From positions 64,001-128,000 of the forward strand of contig CAXMWX010000009.1 in the NCBI GenBank assembly GCA_963422205.2: DNA of 64,000 bases. The letters are read 5' to 3'. The DNA is from Gammaproteobacteria bacterium. Lineage in GTDB: Bacteria > Pseudomonadota > Gammaproteobacteria > Eutrophobiales > Eutrophobiaceae. Of the stretch, positions 51,258 through 63,647 are shown one piece after another (the first letter of the stretch is position 1; each line of letters opens with the position of its first letter). The notes below the pieces were generated by a model, which did not search any database, was not told the DNA's origin, and saw only the letters and a list, made by a program, of their open reading frames with translations. The position numbers and the translations under genes were made by a program.

Positions 51258-52247
51258 ATGGCACGCACGCCCTTGTTTTTTGTGACTTCACTGGCGGTCT
51301 GTGTGACCTATGTGGTGGTTGTGCTGGGGGCTTATGTGCGGCTGACGGATGCGGGGCTGGGCTGCCCTGACTGGCCGGGCTGTTATGGCGAGTTGATCGT
51401 GCCGCCTGCCGGTCAGGCTGAGGAGATCAATGCGGCCTTTCCAGGGCGCCCCTATGATCAGGGCAAGGCCTGGCGAGAGATGACTCATCGTTATGGGGGT
51501 GCGGGTCTCGGCGTGATTGTTCTGGGCATTACCCTGTTGTCGCTGTTTGCCTACAGGCAATACCTGGGCTTGAGTTTTTCCATACTTGCCCTGGTCATCT
51601 TGCAGGGCGCACTGGGCATGTGGACGGTGACGTTATTGCTCAAGCCAGTGATCGTTTCGGCCCACTTAATGGGCGGGATGGCCGTGTTATCGTTATTGTT
51701 TTTGTTGTTGTTGCGGCAGCTGCGGTTTGCCCGGCCGGGCCTGTCCGGGCTACAGCCGGTCAAGCCCTATGCCTTGCTGATGCTGGCCTTGCTGGCCTTG
51801 CAGATATTTCTGGGCGGCTGGACGGGCAGCAATTATGCCGCGTTAATCTGCCCGGATTTCCCGGCCTGTCGTAACGGTGCCTGGCTGCCGCCAATGGATT
51901 TTGCCGCGGGCTTTACCTTCTGGCGGGAACTCGGTATTAATTATGAGGGCGGCGTATTGGATGCGGCAGGCAGGACGGCCATCCATGTCACACACCGGCT
52001 GGGCGCGCTCATCGTCCTGGGTGTGGGGCTGTTGCTGGCGTTCCGACTGTTGCAGACAAGGGTGCCGGGGGCAAGATGTGCGGCCATGATCATGGTGTTG
52101 ATCCTGGTGCTGCAAATTGTGCTGGGCATAAGCAACGTGGTGCTGATGTTGCCGCTGTCGCTGGCCGTGGCGCATAATGCTGTGGGGACCTTGCTGTTGT
52201 TGAGTGTTGTCACTATCACCTACTTGAGTTTTGAGGCACGGGACTAA
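51258..52247 (+). CDS. ctaA: heme A synthase (COX15/CtaA)
   Basis: LGAYVRLTDAGLGCPDWPGC, EMTHR, HL.GG, CPDFPAC, H..HR, AHN. Confidence 0.95.
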   Translation: MARTPLFFVTSLAVCVTYVVVVLGAYVRLTDAGLGCPDWPGCYGELIVPPAGQAEEINAAFPGRPYDQGKAWREMTHRYGGAGLGVIVLGITLLSLFAYRQYLGLSFSILALVILQGALGMWTVTLLLKPVIVSAHLMGGMAVLSLLFLLLLRQLRFARPGLSGLQPVKPYALLMLALLALQIFLGGWTGSNYAALICPDFPACRNGAWLPPMDFAAGFTFWRELGINYEGGVLDAAGRTAIHVTHRLGALIVLGVGLLLAFRLLQTRVPGARCAAMIMVLILVLQIVLGISNVVLMLPLSLAVAHNAVGTLLLLSVVTITYLSFEARD

Positions 52248-52253
52248 TGGCAC

Positions 52254-53162
52254 ATGATGACTGACGGCGTTCCGTTTATAACCGCTTGGCGAAGCTATCT
52301 GGTGTTGTGCAAGCCGAAGATCGTTGCCCTGATCGTGTTCACTGCCGTGGTCGGCATGTTGCTGGCGAGCCCGGATCTGGTGCCCTTGCAGGTGTTGCTG
52401 GCGGGCACGGCGGGCATCGGGCTGGCGGCGGCCTCGGCGGCGGCGATCAATCATGTGGTTGATGAGAAGATCGATAATCTCATGTCCCGCACCCGGGGCC
52501 GGCCCTTGCCACAGGGCCGCATCACCGCCAGAGACGCCTTGCTGTTTGCCGTGCTGTTATGTGTTGCCTCGATGGTTGTGCTGGTGTTTCTGGTAAACAC
52601 CTTAACGGCGCTGTTGACGTTTTTTTCTCTGGTTGGCTATGGCGTGGTCTATTCTGTGTATCTCAAGCGTGCTACGCCACAGAACATCGTCATCGGCGGC
52701 GTGGCGGGTGCGGCACCACCGGTCTTAGGCTGGGCGGCCGTGAGCAACACGCTGGACCCGCACGCCCTGCTGTTATTTCTGATCATTTTTGCCTGGACTC
52801 CGCCGCACTTCTGGGCGCTGGCCATCTACCGGCGGCAGGACTATGCAAAGGCCGACATTCCCATGTTGCCGGTTACCCACGGCACAGAATTTACCCAACT
52901 GCATATCCTGCTGTACACGCTCATCCTGTTCATCGTCAGCCTGCTGCCTTACATTACCTTAATGAGCGGCGAGTGCTATCTGCTGGGTGCTGTTGTGCTG
53001 GGGCTGATATTTTTATACTACGCGCTTAAATTGATGAGAACCGGCGATGAGCGCATCGCCATGCAGACGTTTTCCTATTCCGTCTGGTATTTAACGGGCC
53101 TGTTTGCCTTTCTCCTGCTCGATCATTACCTGCCTGCCTTGGTCTCTTTTCTGTTCATTTAA
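52254..53162 (+). CDS. cyoE: heme O synthase (protoheme IX farnesyltransferase)
   Basis: KP.I, N...D..ID..M.RT..RPLP.G, LKR.TPQNIVIGG, WTPPHFWAL. Confidence 0.96.
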   Translation: MMTDGVPFITAWRSYLVLCKPKIVALIVFTAVVGMLLASPDLVPLQVLLAGTAGIGLAAASAAAINHVVDEKIDNLMSRTRGRPLPQGRITARDALLFAVLLCVASMVVLVFLVNTLTALLTFFSLVGYGVVYSVYLKRATPQNIVIGGVAGAAPPVLGWAAVSNTLDPHALLLFLIIFAWTPPHFWALAIYRRQDYAKADIPMLPVTHGTEFTQLHILLYTLILFIVSLLPYITLMSGECYLLGAVVLGLIFLYYALKLMRTGDERIAMQTFSYSVWYLTGLFAFLLLDHYLPALVSFLFI

Positions 53163-53250
53163 GCATTGCCATCAACGCTGGGGCAGGCACAGGCAGCGCA
53201 TGGCGGCCAGCGGCTGTTTGGCCATGGCTCTGATGACTGCGCTGGTCTGT

Positions 53251-54114
53251 TCAGGGCGCCGCCACGCCCTGGTTAAGCCCGGCGCGCAGCTTCTGCATTG
53301 CACTATGCTCTACCTGCCGAATCCGCTCGGCCGAGATTTGATATTCCTCGGCCAGCTCCTTGAGTGTGGCCTTGTTTTCGTTTAACCAGCGTCTCTGGAT
53401 GATCTCTTTGCTGCGTGGATCAAGGCCCTTGAGTGCAGCCAGCAGACTGGCCGAGGTTTGCGAAGCGCTCTGCTCGGTTTCAAGCTGCTGCTCCGGCCCG
53501 CCCCGGGCATCGATCAGGTAGCCGGACGGGCTCAAGCCCTCGGTGCCATCATCCTCGCCAGGCCCGTCAAACGAGGCATCATAGGCGCTCATCCGCTTCT
53601 CCATCTCCAGCACATCTTTGCTGCTGACCCCTAAGTCTTTGGCAACCGCCCGAACCTCATCCTGATTCATCCAGCCCAGCCGCTTTTTGCTGGAGCGCAG
53701 ATTGAAAAATAATTTCCGCTGTGCCTTGGTGGTGGCAACCTTGACAATGCGCCAGTTGCGTAGAATAAACTCGTGCATTTCAGCCCGTATCCAATGCACG
53801 GCAAAGGAGACCAGCCGTACCCCGACGTTTGGATCGAAACGCTTGACCGCCTTCATCAGGCCGATATTGCCTTCCTGAATCAGGTCGGATTGCGATAACC
53901 CGTAGCCGCTGTAACCCCGGGCAACCCTGACCACAAAGCGCAAGTGAGCCATCACTAACTGGCGGGCGGCCTCAAGATCGTTTTGCTCATGCAAGCGCCG
54001 GGCCAACGCCAATTCGTCCGCCGCCGACAGCATGGGAATCTGGCTAACTGTTTGAATGTACGCATCAATCGAGCCAGAGGGCACGGTCATTTGCATCATC
54101 AGACTGTTATTCAT
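53251..54114 (-). CDS. rpoH: heat-shock sigma factor RpoH
   Basis: [31 protein letters not shown], RpoH box [16 protein letters not shown]; directly downstream of ftsX. Confidence 0.97.
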   Translation of the reverse strand: MNNSLMMQMTVPSGSIDAYIQTVSQIPMLSAADELALARRLHEQNDLEAARQLVMAHLRFVVRVARGYSGYGLSQSDLIQEGNIGLMKAVKRFDPNVGVRLVSFAVHWIRAEMHEFILRNWRIVKVATTKAQRKLFFNLRSSKKRLGWMNQDEVRAVAKDLGVSSKDVLEMEKRMSAYDASFDGPGEDDGTEGLSPSGYLIDARGGPEQQLETEQSASQTSASLLAALKGLDPRSKEIIQRRWLNENKATLKELAEEYQISAERIRQVEHSAMQKLRAGLNQGVAAP

Positions 54115-54152
54115 TGACTGCTCCTGGTTGTGTCTTAAAGCCAAAATGAATT

Positions 54153-54179
54153 TTAGCACTCATTGACAGAGAGTGCTAA
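54153..54179. promoter_or_regulatory. CIRCE element (HrcA operator) upstream of rpoH
   Basis: TTAGCACTC-attgacaga-GAGTGCTAA, exact consensus with 9-bp spacer, 38 bp upstream of the rpoH ATG. Confidence 0.95.
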
Positions 54180-54235
54180 TCATCGGAGTGAAAATTCCAG
54201 CGAAAGTTCAGTCGGCCCTTGCAGACTGCCTGAAA

Positions 54236-55189
54236 TCACACCGGGTCGATCGTCTTGATATGACGCTGCACCGAGAAAAATGCGCCTGAAACACCGAGCA
54301 GGGCACCAGCCAGCATCAGCCCCAGCACGCCGGACAGCCCCAGGGCGGCGAGCTCGAAATCGCTGCTATACAGGGCGGACAGGCGGCTGACCGGCGCATG
54401 CAGCACCATGACGGCAGATTGCAGCAGGAGGCAGGCGATCAGGCTGCCGATGATGCCATGCAGCAGGCCATAGTAAAGAAATGGCCGTTGAATAAAGGCA
54501 TTGGTGGCACCGAACAGCTTGTGTATCTCAATTTCCTGGCGGCGGTGGTAGATGGCCAGCCTGATCGTGTTGCCGACAATAAGCAATACAGCAAACCCCA
54601 GAATAACAGACAGCAGCAGGACGGTACGCTGGGCGACTTCCATGATCAAAAACAGCCGTTGCGCCCATTGCTGATCCAACTGTGCCGTGTTCACCTGTGG
54701 CAACTGCCGAAGGCGTACCAGCAGGGCCTGGCTGTCGGCAGCGCTCAGATCAGTCTCAGGCTTGACCATAAGCACGTTGGGCAAGGGATTCTCTGTCAGC
54801 AGATCAAGGGCCTCATCAAAACCGGATAACAGCCGGTATTCCGCCAGGGCGTCAGCACGACTGATCATGGCAACGCCCAATACCCCATCCATGTTACGCA
54901 CATGTTTAGCTAACGAAGCGGCCTGTTCCTCGGTGTAACTGTGTTGCAGGAATAACGAAATATCCGCGCTGTCTTCCCAGTTATCGGCCAGTTTTTGTGC
55001 GTTTTCCAGCAGCAGGTAAAAGCCCGCAGGCAGTGCCAGAGAAATGCCGATCACCGCCGTGGTCAATGCCGTGCCTAAGGGGTTTTTATAAAGCTGCCCT
55101 AAGCTGAAGACAAATGCCTGGGCGTGCTGCATCAGCCAGATTTTCAGCGCTTTGTTGATGCTGGCCTTCAGCCGTTTGCCTTTATTCAA
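54236..55189 (-). CDS. ftsX: cell division permease FtsX
   Basis: VIGI.LALP, NPLP, IVGNTIRL.I..R..EI...KL.GAT..FI.RPFLY.G. Confidence 0.96.
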   Translation of the reverse strand: MNKGKRLKASINKALKIWLMQHAQAFVFSLGQLYKNPLGTALTTAVIGISLALPAGFYLLLENAQKLADNWEDSADISLFLQHSYTEEQAASLAKHVRNMDGVLGVAMISRADALAEYRLLSGFDEALDLLTENPLPNVLMVKPETDLSAADSQALLVRLRQLPQVNTAQLDQQWAQRLFLIMEVAQRTVLLLSVILGFAVLLIVGNTIRLAIYHRRQEIEIHKLFGATNAFIQRPFLYYGLLHGIIGSLIACLLLQSAVMVLHAPVSRLSALYSSDFELAALGLSGVLGLMLAGALLGVSGAFFSVQRHIKTIDPV

Positions 55190-55863
55190 CGTTTAACGGT
55201 CTCGCCAATATGAGTCAGCAGGCGGCCCTGCCGCAGGGTGATGATCTTCTTTTTCAGTTTTTTGATCATGTCAAGATCGTGGCTGGCGATCAGCACGGTG
55301 ACGCCAACCTGATTAAACTGTTCAAACAATTTCATGGTGTCCCAGGACAAGGCCGGATCGAGATTGCCGGTTGGCTCATCGGCAAGCAATAATACCGGCT
55401 GATGCACCACCGCTCGGGCAATCCCAACGCGCTGTTGTTCGCCCCCGGACAGCGCCAGCGGCATGGCATTTTTTCTCGCCAGCAGCCCGACTTTATCAAG
55501 CGCAGCATGGGTGCGCTTGCGCGTTTCCTGGTAGGAATAGCCAGCGACGATCAATGGCAGGGCAACATTGTCAAAGATGGTTCGATCATTCAGCAGCCGA
55601 TGATCCTGAAAGGTAAAACCAATGCTGCGTCGGTATAACGAGATGCGGTTTCCGGTGATGCGACTCAGGTTTTGACCATTGACGATGATCTGCCCGTGTG
55701 CCTGTCTTTCAACCAGGGCGATGAGCCTTAACAGCGTGGTTTTGCCAGCACCGGAACGACCGGTCACATACACCATCGCGCCCCGTTCAATATACAGATT
55801 GATCTTGTGCAGGGCTTCCTGGCCGTTGTTGTAAGACATGTTGACATCGGCGAATCGAATCAT
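55186..55863 (-). CDS. ftsE: cell division ATPase FtsE
   Basis: GRSGAGKTT, FQDHRLL, LSGGEQQRVGIARA, ADEPTGNLD. Confidence 0.97.
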   Translation of the reverse strand: MIRFADVNMSYNNGQEALHKINLYIERGAMVYVTGRSGAGKTTLLRLIALVERQAHGQIIVNGQNLSRITGNRISLYRRSIGFTFQDHRLLNDRTIFDNVALPLIVAGYSYQETRKRTHAALDKVGLLARKNAMPLALSGGEQQRVGIARAVVHQPVLLLADEPTGNLDPALSWDTMKLFEQFNQVGVTVLIASHDLDMIKKLKKKIITLRQGRLLTHIGETVKR

Positions 55864-55864
55864 C

Positions 55865-56812
55865 TCATCTCACACTCAACAGGGCATTGACAAAATCCTC
55901 AGCGACAAACGGCCTCAAGTCGTCCGTGTGTTCGCCGATACCAATAAATTTAATGGGGATATGGAGCGTCTGCGCCAGAGAGAAGACAATCCCGCCTTTG
56001 GCCGTGCCATCCAGCTTGGTCAGGATGATGCCGTCAAGCCCGATAGCCTCATGAAACCGCCTTGCCTGGATGAGCGCATTTTGCCCGGCGGTGGCATCGA
56101 TGACGAGCAGCGTTTCCTGTTGCGGGCGGGGGCTGAGTTTGTTGATGGTGCGCGCGGCTTTTTTCAACTCCGCCATCAGATTGTCCTTGGTGTGCAGCCG
56201 TCCGGCGGTATCGGCCAGCACGGTGTTCGCCTGTTTTGCCCGGGCGGATTGCAGCGCATCAAAGATAACAGCAGCACAATCCGCCCCCGCCTGATGTGCA
56301 ATAACCGGAATGTTGCTGCGTTGCCCCCAGCTTTGCAGTTGCTCAATAGCGGCTGCTCGGAAGGTATCACCTGCGGCCAGCAAAACATCCTCGCCCTGGC
56401 GTTGTAATAAACTGGCCAGCTTGCCTGCGGTTGTCGTCTTGCCAGCACCGTTGACGCCAACCAGCAATATCATCCTCGGCCTGGTGTCGCTGTCCAGCAG
56501 GGCGGCATCGGCCTGTAATGGCTGCAAAATCGCCAGCAGTTCCTGCTGTAGCGCCCGCATGATGGCGTGGTCATCTCCACGCTCAACACGTTGCAGCCTG
56601 CCCGGCAGCTTGTCGATGATCTGCATGGTGGTGTGTATGCCCAAATCGGCCTGTAACAGGCGGGTCTCCAGTGCTTCCAGAGTGGCCTGATCGAGCTCGG
56701 TTTTGCCGTGCAGCAGATCGCCCAGGCCGCTCATGAAGGCGGTGCGAGTCTTGCCCAGACCCCGACTGAGGCGGCTAAACAACGCGCGTTCTCCTGAGTT
56801 ATTGGCAGACAT
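55865..56812 (-). CDS. ftsY: signal recognition particle receptor FtsY (NG domain only)
   Basis: GVNGAGKTTT.GKL, AAGDTFRAAA.EQL, DTAGR, TGQN, TKLDGTAKGG, GIGE. Confidence 0.97.
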   Translation of the reverse strand: MSANNSGERALFSRLSRGLGKTRTAFMSGLGDLLHGKTELDQATLEALETRLLQADLGIHTTMQIIDKLPGRLQRVERGDDHAIMRALQQELLAILQPLQADAALLDSDTRPRMILLVGVNGAGKTTTAGKLASLLQRQGEDVLLAAGDTFRAAAIEQLQSWGQRSNIPVIAHQAGADCAAVIFDALQSARAKQANTVLADTAGRLHTKDNLMAELKKAARTINKLSPRPQQETLLVIDATAGQNALIQARRFHEAIGLDGIILTKLDGTAKGGIVFSLAQTLHIPIKFIGIGEHTDDLRPFVAEDFVNALLSVR

Positions 56813-56864
56813 GATATCCGGGCATAGTGTGGCGATATGCTAATAAGCTATCGTAACATTATCT

Positions 56865-56961
56865 GTCGGAGAACTACTAAATCCGAACCGACTCTAACCA
56901 ACACTAAGAGCATTGACCGGCGCAACGTCGGAGAACTACTAAATCCGAACCGACTCTAACC
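56865..56961. repeat. two perfect 35-bp direct repeats separated by 27 bp
   Basis: GTCGGAGAACTACTAAATCCGAACCGACTCTAACC at 56865-56899 and 56927-56961. Confidence 0.92.
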
Positions 56962-57023
56962 GGCGGGCAGACAGAGTGATCTGTGTTCAGGCATAATAGG
57001 GGCGAAAACCATCGGAGGCCGCT

Positions 57024-58403
57024 GTGCGCTATTTATGTGTTGTATTGACCTTGCTTGCGATGCCGCTGCCAGCAGGCGGACAGGTGCAGGAATTTGTCTT
57101 TGAGAACGGGCTGAAATTGCTGGTGAAAGAAGACCATCGTGCCCCGGTGGTGGTCTCGCAGGTGTGGTACAAGGTGGGCGGCAGCTACGAACACCCCGGC
57201 ATCACCGGCATCTCTCATGCGCTGGAACACATGATGTTCCAGGGCACGGAAAAATACCCGGGCGGCGAGTTTTCCCGCATCATTGCCGAGCAGGGCGGGC
57301 GTGACAATGCCTTTACCGGCGCCGATTACACCGCTTATCATCAAACGCTGGAAAAATCACGGCTGGCGGTCAGCTTTGAGCTGGAGGCTGATCGGATGCG
57401 TAACCTGTTGCTTGAAGAGCAGGATTTTACAAAGGAGATGGAAGTGGTCAAGGAAGAGCGCCGGTTGCGTACTGAAGACAGGCCCAGCGCCTATTTGTAC
57501 GAAGCCGCCATGGCAACGGCCTGGCAGACCAGCCCCTACCGGCATCCGGTGGTGGGCTGGATGGCTGACTTAAATGCCATGACCCGGCAGGATTTGCAGC
57601 AATGGTATCAGCGCTGGTATGCCCCGAATAATGCGATAGTCGTTGTTGTCGGCGATGTCGTTGCTGCCGAGGTTTACACGCTGGCAAAGCAGTATTTTGC
57701 CGACTTGCCGATGAGAGAAATCAGGCCGCCCCGGCCCCGGCCCGAGGTCAGGCAGGCGGGCATGAAGCGCCTTGTGGTGAAGCGTCCGGCCCGGCTGCCC
57801 AGCCTGCTGATGGTCTATAAAGTGCCATCATACAAGACGGCATTGCAGAGCGAGAGCATCGCCGACTGGGAGCCTTACGCCCTGGAGGTGTTGAATTATG
57901 TGTTAAGTGGCAGCAGCAGTTCCCGCTTCGCCCGTTACCTGGTGCGTGGTGCTGAGGTGGCGGCCACGGCCAGCGCATCGTACTCCCTCATCGATCGGCT
58001 GGATGGCAGGCTGTTGATCCGTGCTGTGCCGGTGGAAGGCAAGCGCCTTGCTGAACTGGAGCGGGCGATCTACGAGCAAATAGATTTATTGCAAACCAGG
58101 CCGGTGACACAACAGGAACTGGAGCGGGTGAAGATCGCCGTGGTGGCGGCGGATATCTATGAGAAGGATTCGATTTTTTATCAGGCCCTGGTGCTGGGCA
58201 TGCTGGAGGCAAACGGCCTTGGCTGGCAACGGGCGGATGAGTATGTCGAGAAGATCAAGGCGGTCACCGCCCGGCAGGTCATGGCGGTGGCGAAGAAATA
58301 TTTGCAGGCGGATGGTTTGACCGTTGCCATGCTGGAGCCGCTGCCGCTGGTGCCAACGGCGGCACAGCGAGCGCCGTCGGCGGGGGGCCGACATGGGCGA
58401 TAA
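57024..58403 (+). CDS. M16 family zinc peptidase, catalytic subunit
   Basis: Signal peptide, ENGL, WYKVG, HALEHMMF (HXXEH), NAFT..DYTAY, EER, WYAPNNA. Confidence 0.93.
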   Translation: MRYLCVVLTLLAMPLPAGGQVQEFVFENGLKLLVKEDHRAPVVVSQVWYKVGGSYEHPGITGISHALEHMMFQGTEKYPGGEFSRIIAEQGGRDNAFTGADYTAYHQTLEKSRLAVSFELEADRMRNLLLEEQDFTKEMEVVKEERRLRTEDRPSAYLYEAAMATAWQTSPYRHPVVGWMADLNAMTRQDLQQWYQRWYAPNNAIVVVVGDVVAAEVYTLAKQYFADLPMREIRPPRPRPEVRQAGMKRLVVKRPARLPSLLMVYKVPSYKTALQSESIADWEPYALEVLNYVLSGSSSSRFARYLVRGAEVAATASASYSLIDRLDGRLLIRAVPVEGKRLAELERAIYEQIDLLQTRPVTQQELERVKIAVVAADIYEKDSIFYQALVLGMLEANGLGWQRADEYVEKIKAVTARQVMAVAKKYLQADGLTVAMLEPLPLVPTAAQRAPSAGGRHGR

Positions 58404-59748
58404 GGGCCTGTTTTTATTCATCTGCCTGCTGCCCGCCGCTTATGCCGGGCCGAACATCGTCAAATGGCAGGCCGAGGGCGGCAGCCGGGTGTTCTTTGTT
58501 GAGACAGACGAGTTGCCCATAGTCGATATCAAGGTATTGTTTGATGCGGGCAGCGTACGTGACCCGGATGAGATGGGCGGTCTGGCGCTATTGACCAACG
58601 GCCTGCTGGATCAGGGGGCGGGCGGCCTTGATGCGAATCAAATCAGCGATCAGTTTGAGCGCACAGGGGCGGTGTATCGGGCAAGTGCCGGCCTTGACAG
58701 TGCCTCGGTCAGCTTACGCAGCCTGACAGACAGGCAAGCCCTGCAACCTGCCCTGGCCAACCTGGCACGGGTGCTCGCCTCGCCTGATTTCCCTGATCAG
58801 GCGGTTGCCCGGCAGAAAAAACGCCTGCTGACGGCACTGGAGGCGAAGCGACAATCGCCGGGCGCCATCGCCAGAGATAATTTCTTTGCCGCTATTTACA
58901 AAGCGCACCCCTATGCCAGGGCAAAAGAGGGCACCGAGACCAGCATTGAAGCGATCAGCCGGGCCGACATCATCGGCTTTCATCGGCGCTATTACACGGC
59001 GAATAACGCCCTGGTTGCCATTGTCGGCGCCCTGTCGCGCACCGAGGCTGAAGCGGTGGCCGGTAGGCTGACCGCCAATCTGCCGCAAGGAGAACGGCCA
59101 GCACCGCTGGCCGCGGTCAGCGGGCTTGCGGCGGGCGATGAGATACGCATCTCCCATCCCTCATCGCAGGTGCATGTCCTGCTGGGGCAGCCGGGCATGG
59201 CGCGCACCGAGGCGGATTATTTTCCTCTATACGTTGGCAACCATGTGCTGGGCGGGTCGGGCATGGTCTCCCGGCTGTTTGAAGAGGTTCGTAATCAGCA
59301 CGGCCTGAGCTACAGCGTCTACAGCTATTTCTCCCCCCGCCGGGAAAAAGGCCCGTTTGTGGCCGGTTTGCAGACCCGGGCCGAGCAGCAGCAGGAGGCG
59401 TTGCAGTTGTTACGCACGCTGATCACGCAGTATACCCGGGTCGGCCCCACCGAGGCCGAGTTGCGGGCATCGAAGTTAAATATAACCGGCGGTTTTCCCT
59501 TGCGCCTCGACAGCAATGCCAAAATTCTGGATTATGTTGCCACCATCGGTTTTTATGGCCTGCCCCTGGATTATCTTGACACCTATGTTGACCAGGTGAA
59601 TGCCGTGACAGTTGAGCAGATCAAACGCGCCTTTGCCGAACATATTGACCCGGACAAGTTGGTGGCGGTTCTGGTCGGCCCCAGCGATAACAATGGTAAT
59701 AACAACGGCAATAACTCCCGCGCGGATGACAAGCAAGAAAGGCCGTAA
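58393..59748 (+). CDS. M16 family peptidase, non-catalytic partner subunit
   Basis: FDAGS, lacks HXXEH, HPY, LGG.G..SRLF.EVR...GLSY (R/Y pair). Confidence 0.9.
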   Translation: MGDKGLFLFICLLPAAYAGPNIVKWQAEGGSRVFFVETDELPIVDIKVLFDAGSVRDPDEMGGLALLTNGLLDQGAGGLDANQISDQFERTGAVYRASAGLDSASVSLRSLTDRQALQPALANLARVLASPDFPDQAVARQKKRLLTALEAKRQSPGAIARDNFFAAIYKAHPYARAKEGTETSIEAISRADIIGFHRRYYTANNALVAIVGALSRTEAEAVAGRLTANLPQGERPAPLAAVSGLAAGDEIRISHPSSQVHVLLGQPGMARTEADYFPLYVGNHVLGGSGMVSRLFEEVRNQHGLSYSVYSYFSPRREKGPFVAGLQTRAEQQQEALQLLRTLITQYTRVGPTEAELRASKLNITGGFPLRLDSNAKILDYVATIGFYGLPLDYLDTYVDQVNAVTVEQIKRAFAEHIDPDKLVAVLVGPSDNNGNNNGNNSRADDKQERP

Positions 59749-60349
59749 ACACGGCGCCAGACATCGTCCTGGGCAAGTGCGTATCATCGGCGGGAAATGG
59801 CGCGGCAGAAACATTGCCGTGGCCGCCTCAGGCGATTTGCGGCCTACCCCGAACCGCATTCGAGAGACCGTGTTCAACTGGCTGTCCCCCCGCATTGAAG
59901 GGGCGGTATGCCTGGATTTGTTTGCCGGTTCGGGCGCATTGGGCTTTGAAGCCCTGTCACGGGGGGCGGCCAATGTGGTTATGCTGGATACAGACCCGAT
60001 GGCCATCGCCATGTTACAGCACACCCAAGCCAGGCTGGGAGCGGACGCTGTTAAGATAATCAGACAGGATGCGCTGGATTGGTTGGAACAGAACACCGTA
60101 AAATATGATATTGTTTTTCTGGACCCGCCTTTTCAGTCCGATTTGATGCAACAGTCTTGCCGGCTGCTGTCAATCACGGGATGCTTGCACAGCAGGGCCT
60201 GTGTTTACGCCGAGACTGAACTGGGCAGCCGGTTACATACTGCCCGGCTGAGGGCGGTAAAGACGGCACAGGCCGGGCAGGTTCACTATGGTTTGTATGT
60301 GCATGATCGCCACAACGGTCATCACGATGGTCACAGGGGGAGTGATTAA
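59726..60349 (+). CDS. rsmD: 16S rRNA m2G966 methyltransferase
   Basis: [47 protein letters not shown]. Confidence 0.96.
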   Translation: MTSKKGRKHGARHRPGQVRIIGGKWRGRNIAVAASGDLRPTPNRIRETVFNWLSPRIEGAVCLDLFAGSGALGFEALSRGAANVVMLDTDPMAIAMLQHTQARLGADAVKIIRQDALDWLEQNTVKYDIVFLDPPFQSDLMQQSCRLLSITGCLHSRACVYAETELGSRLHTARLRAVKTAQAGQVHYGLYVHDRHNGHHDGHRGSD

Positions 60350-60837
60350 TGGCCAGAGTTGCCATCTATCCGGGGACGTTTGATCCGATAACCAACGGAC
60401 ACAGCGATATTGTCGAGCGGGCGGCGCGGCTGTTCGATCAGGTGATCGTTGCCATTGCCAGCAGCGGCACCAAAAAAACCGTATTTCCAGCGGCCCGACG
60501 GGTAGCCCTTGCCGAGGCCGTGCTGGCGCATCTGGATAATGTTGAAGTGACCAGTTTCTCCGGGCTGATGACTGCCTATGCCAAGGACCGGCAGGCCAGG
60601 ATAATCATTCGCGGTTTGCGCGCCGTGTCAGATTTTGAGTATGAATTTCAACTCTCCAGCATGAACCGTCAGCTGTATGCGGAGGCCGAGACTATTTTCC
60701 TTACCCCGGCCCAACACCTGAACTATGTCTCTTCAAGCCTGATCCGTGAAATAGCCTCATTGGATGGCGACATCACCCCGTTCGTTCACCACAAAGTGAG
60801 CGAGGCGCTGTACAAAAAATTCAAGACGGGCGGATAG
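60349..60837 (+). CDS. coaD: pantetheine-phosphate adenylyltransferase
   Basis: [30 protein letters not shown]. Confidence 0.97.
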   Translation: MARVAIYPGTFDPITNGHSDIVERAARLFDQVIVAIASSGTKKTVFPAARRVALAEAVLAHLDNVEVTSFSGLMTAYAKDRQARIIIRGLRAVSDFEYEFQLSSMNRQLYAEAETIFLTPAQHLNYVSSSLIREIASLDGDITPFVHHKVSEALYKKFKTGG

Positions 60838-62792
<1,955 letters not shown>

Positions 62793-62821
62793 CCTGCCGG
62801 TGTTCTGGCAATGCGCCATCC

Positions 62822-63637
62822 TCAGCGTTGGCAGCCGCCGCAATAATAGGTGGCGCGCTGGCCTAAGCGAAGGTGTTTGATCGGCCGGCGGCACACCCGG
62901 CAACTCTCATCCTTGCGATCATACACGGCAAGCTCGTGTCGGAAATAGCCCGGCCGGCCCCGGCTGTCAGTAAAATCGCGCAATGTCGTCCCGCCTTTTT
63001 CCATGGCCTGGGTCAACACCGCATGTATCGCCCGCACCAGCCCGGCATAACGGCCTGAGGCGACCCTGCCCGCCTGACGTTTTGGGTGTATGCCGCTGGC
63101 AAACAAGGCCTCGCTGGCATAGATGTTGCCCAGCCCGACAACGGTCTTGCTGTCCATGATAAAGTGCTTGATTGCCTGTTTGCGTCCGCGGGATTTCATA
63201 AATAAATACTCGGCGGTCAGTGCGGCGGATAAGGGCTCCGGGCCGAGGTGACGTAACAGCTTATGCTCATCAACCGGTTTGCTGGTGTAGTGTATGGAGC
63301 CAAATCGGCGCGGGTCACGAAACCGCAGACAGGTGCCATCGTCCATGATCAGATCAACGTGATCGTGTTTCTCTGGCGCCCCGGGCCGGGGCAGGATTCG
63401 CATACTGCCGGACATGCCCAGGTGCCAGATGATACAGCCGGAATCCAGCTGAAACAGCAGGTATTTGCCCCGCCGTCCTACCGAGAGCAGTTGTTGTTGC
63501 TGAAGCCTTTTTGCCAGGCGGCTGGACACCGGCCAGCGCAACCGCCGCTCACGCACGATAAGCTGTCTGATTTTTTTGCCGAGAAGGGGCGGTGCGATGC
63601 CTCGCCGAGTGGTTTCAACTTCGGGCAATTCAGGCAC
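62822..63637 (-). CDS. mutM: formamidopyrimidine-DNA glycosylase
   Basis: GTG at 63637: PELPEVE, RRGKY, HLGMSG, DPRRFG, GLGNIY, C-terminal CxxC...CxxCQ zinc finger. Confidence 0.97.
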   Translation of the reverse strand: MPELPEVETTRRGIAPPLLGKKIRQLIVRERRLRWPVSSRLAKRLQQQQLLSVGRRGKYLLFQLDSGCIIWHLGMSGSMRILPRPGAPEKHDHVDLIMDDGTCLRFRDPRRFGSIHYTSKPVDEHKLLRHLGPEPLSAALTAEYLFMKSRGRKQAIKHFIMDSKTVVGLGNIYASEALFASGIHPKRQAGRVASGRYAGLVRAIHAVLTQAMEKGGTTLRDFTDSRGRPGYFRHELAVYDRKDESCRVCRRPIKHLRLGQRATYYCGGCQR

Positions 63638-63647
63638 GGGTCTTTCC

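Noticed and set aside
55865-56812. Short FtsY as a truncation
   Set aside because: The acidic A domain is dispensable and absent in many bacteria; the NG domain is complete.
56865-56961. Formal CRISPR array call
   Set aside because: Only two repeats, no leader or cas genes visible; kept as a repeat and listed as a finding.
59686-59716. AAC/AAT-rich repeat encoding DNNGNNNGNN
   Set aside because: Low-complexity C-terminal tail of the M16 partner subunit; no sign of a separate function.
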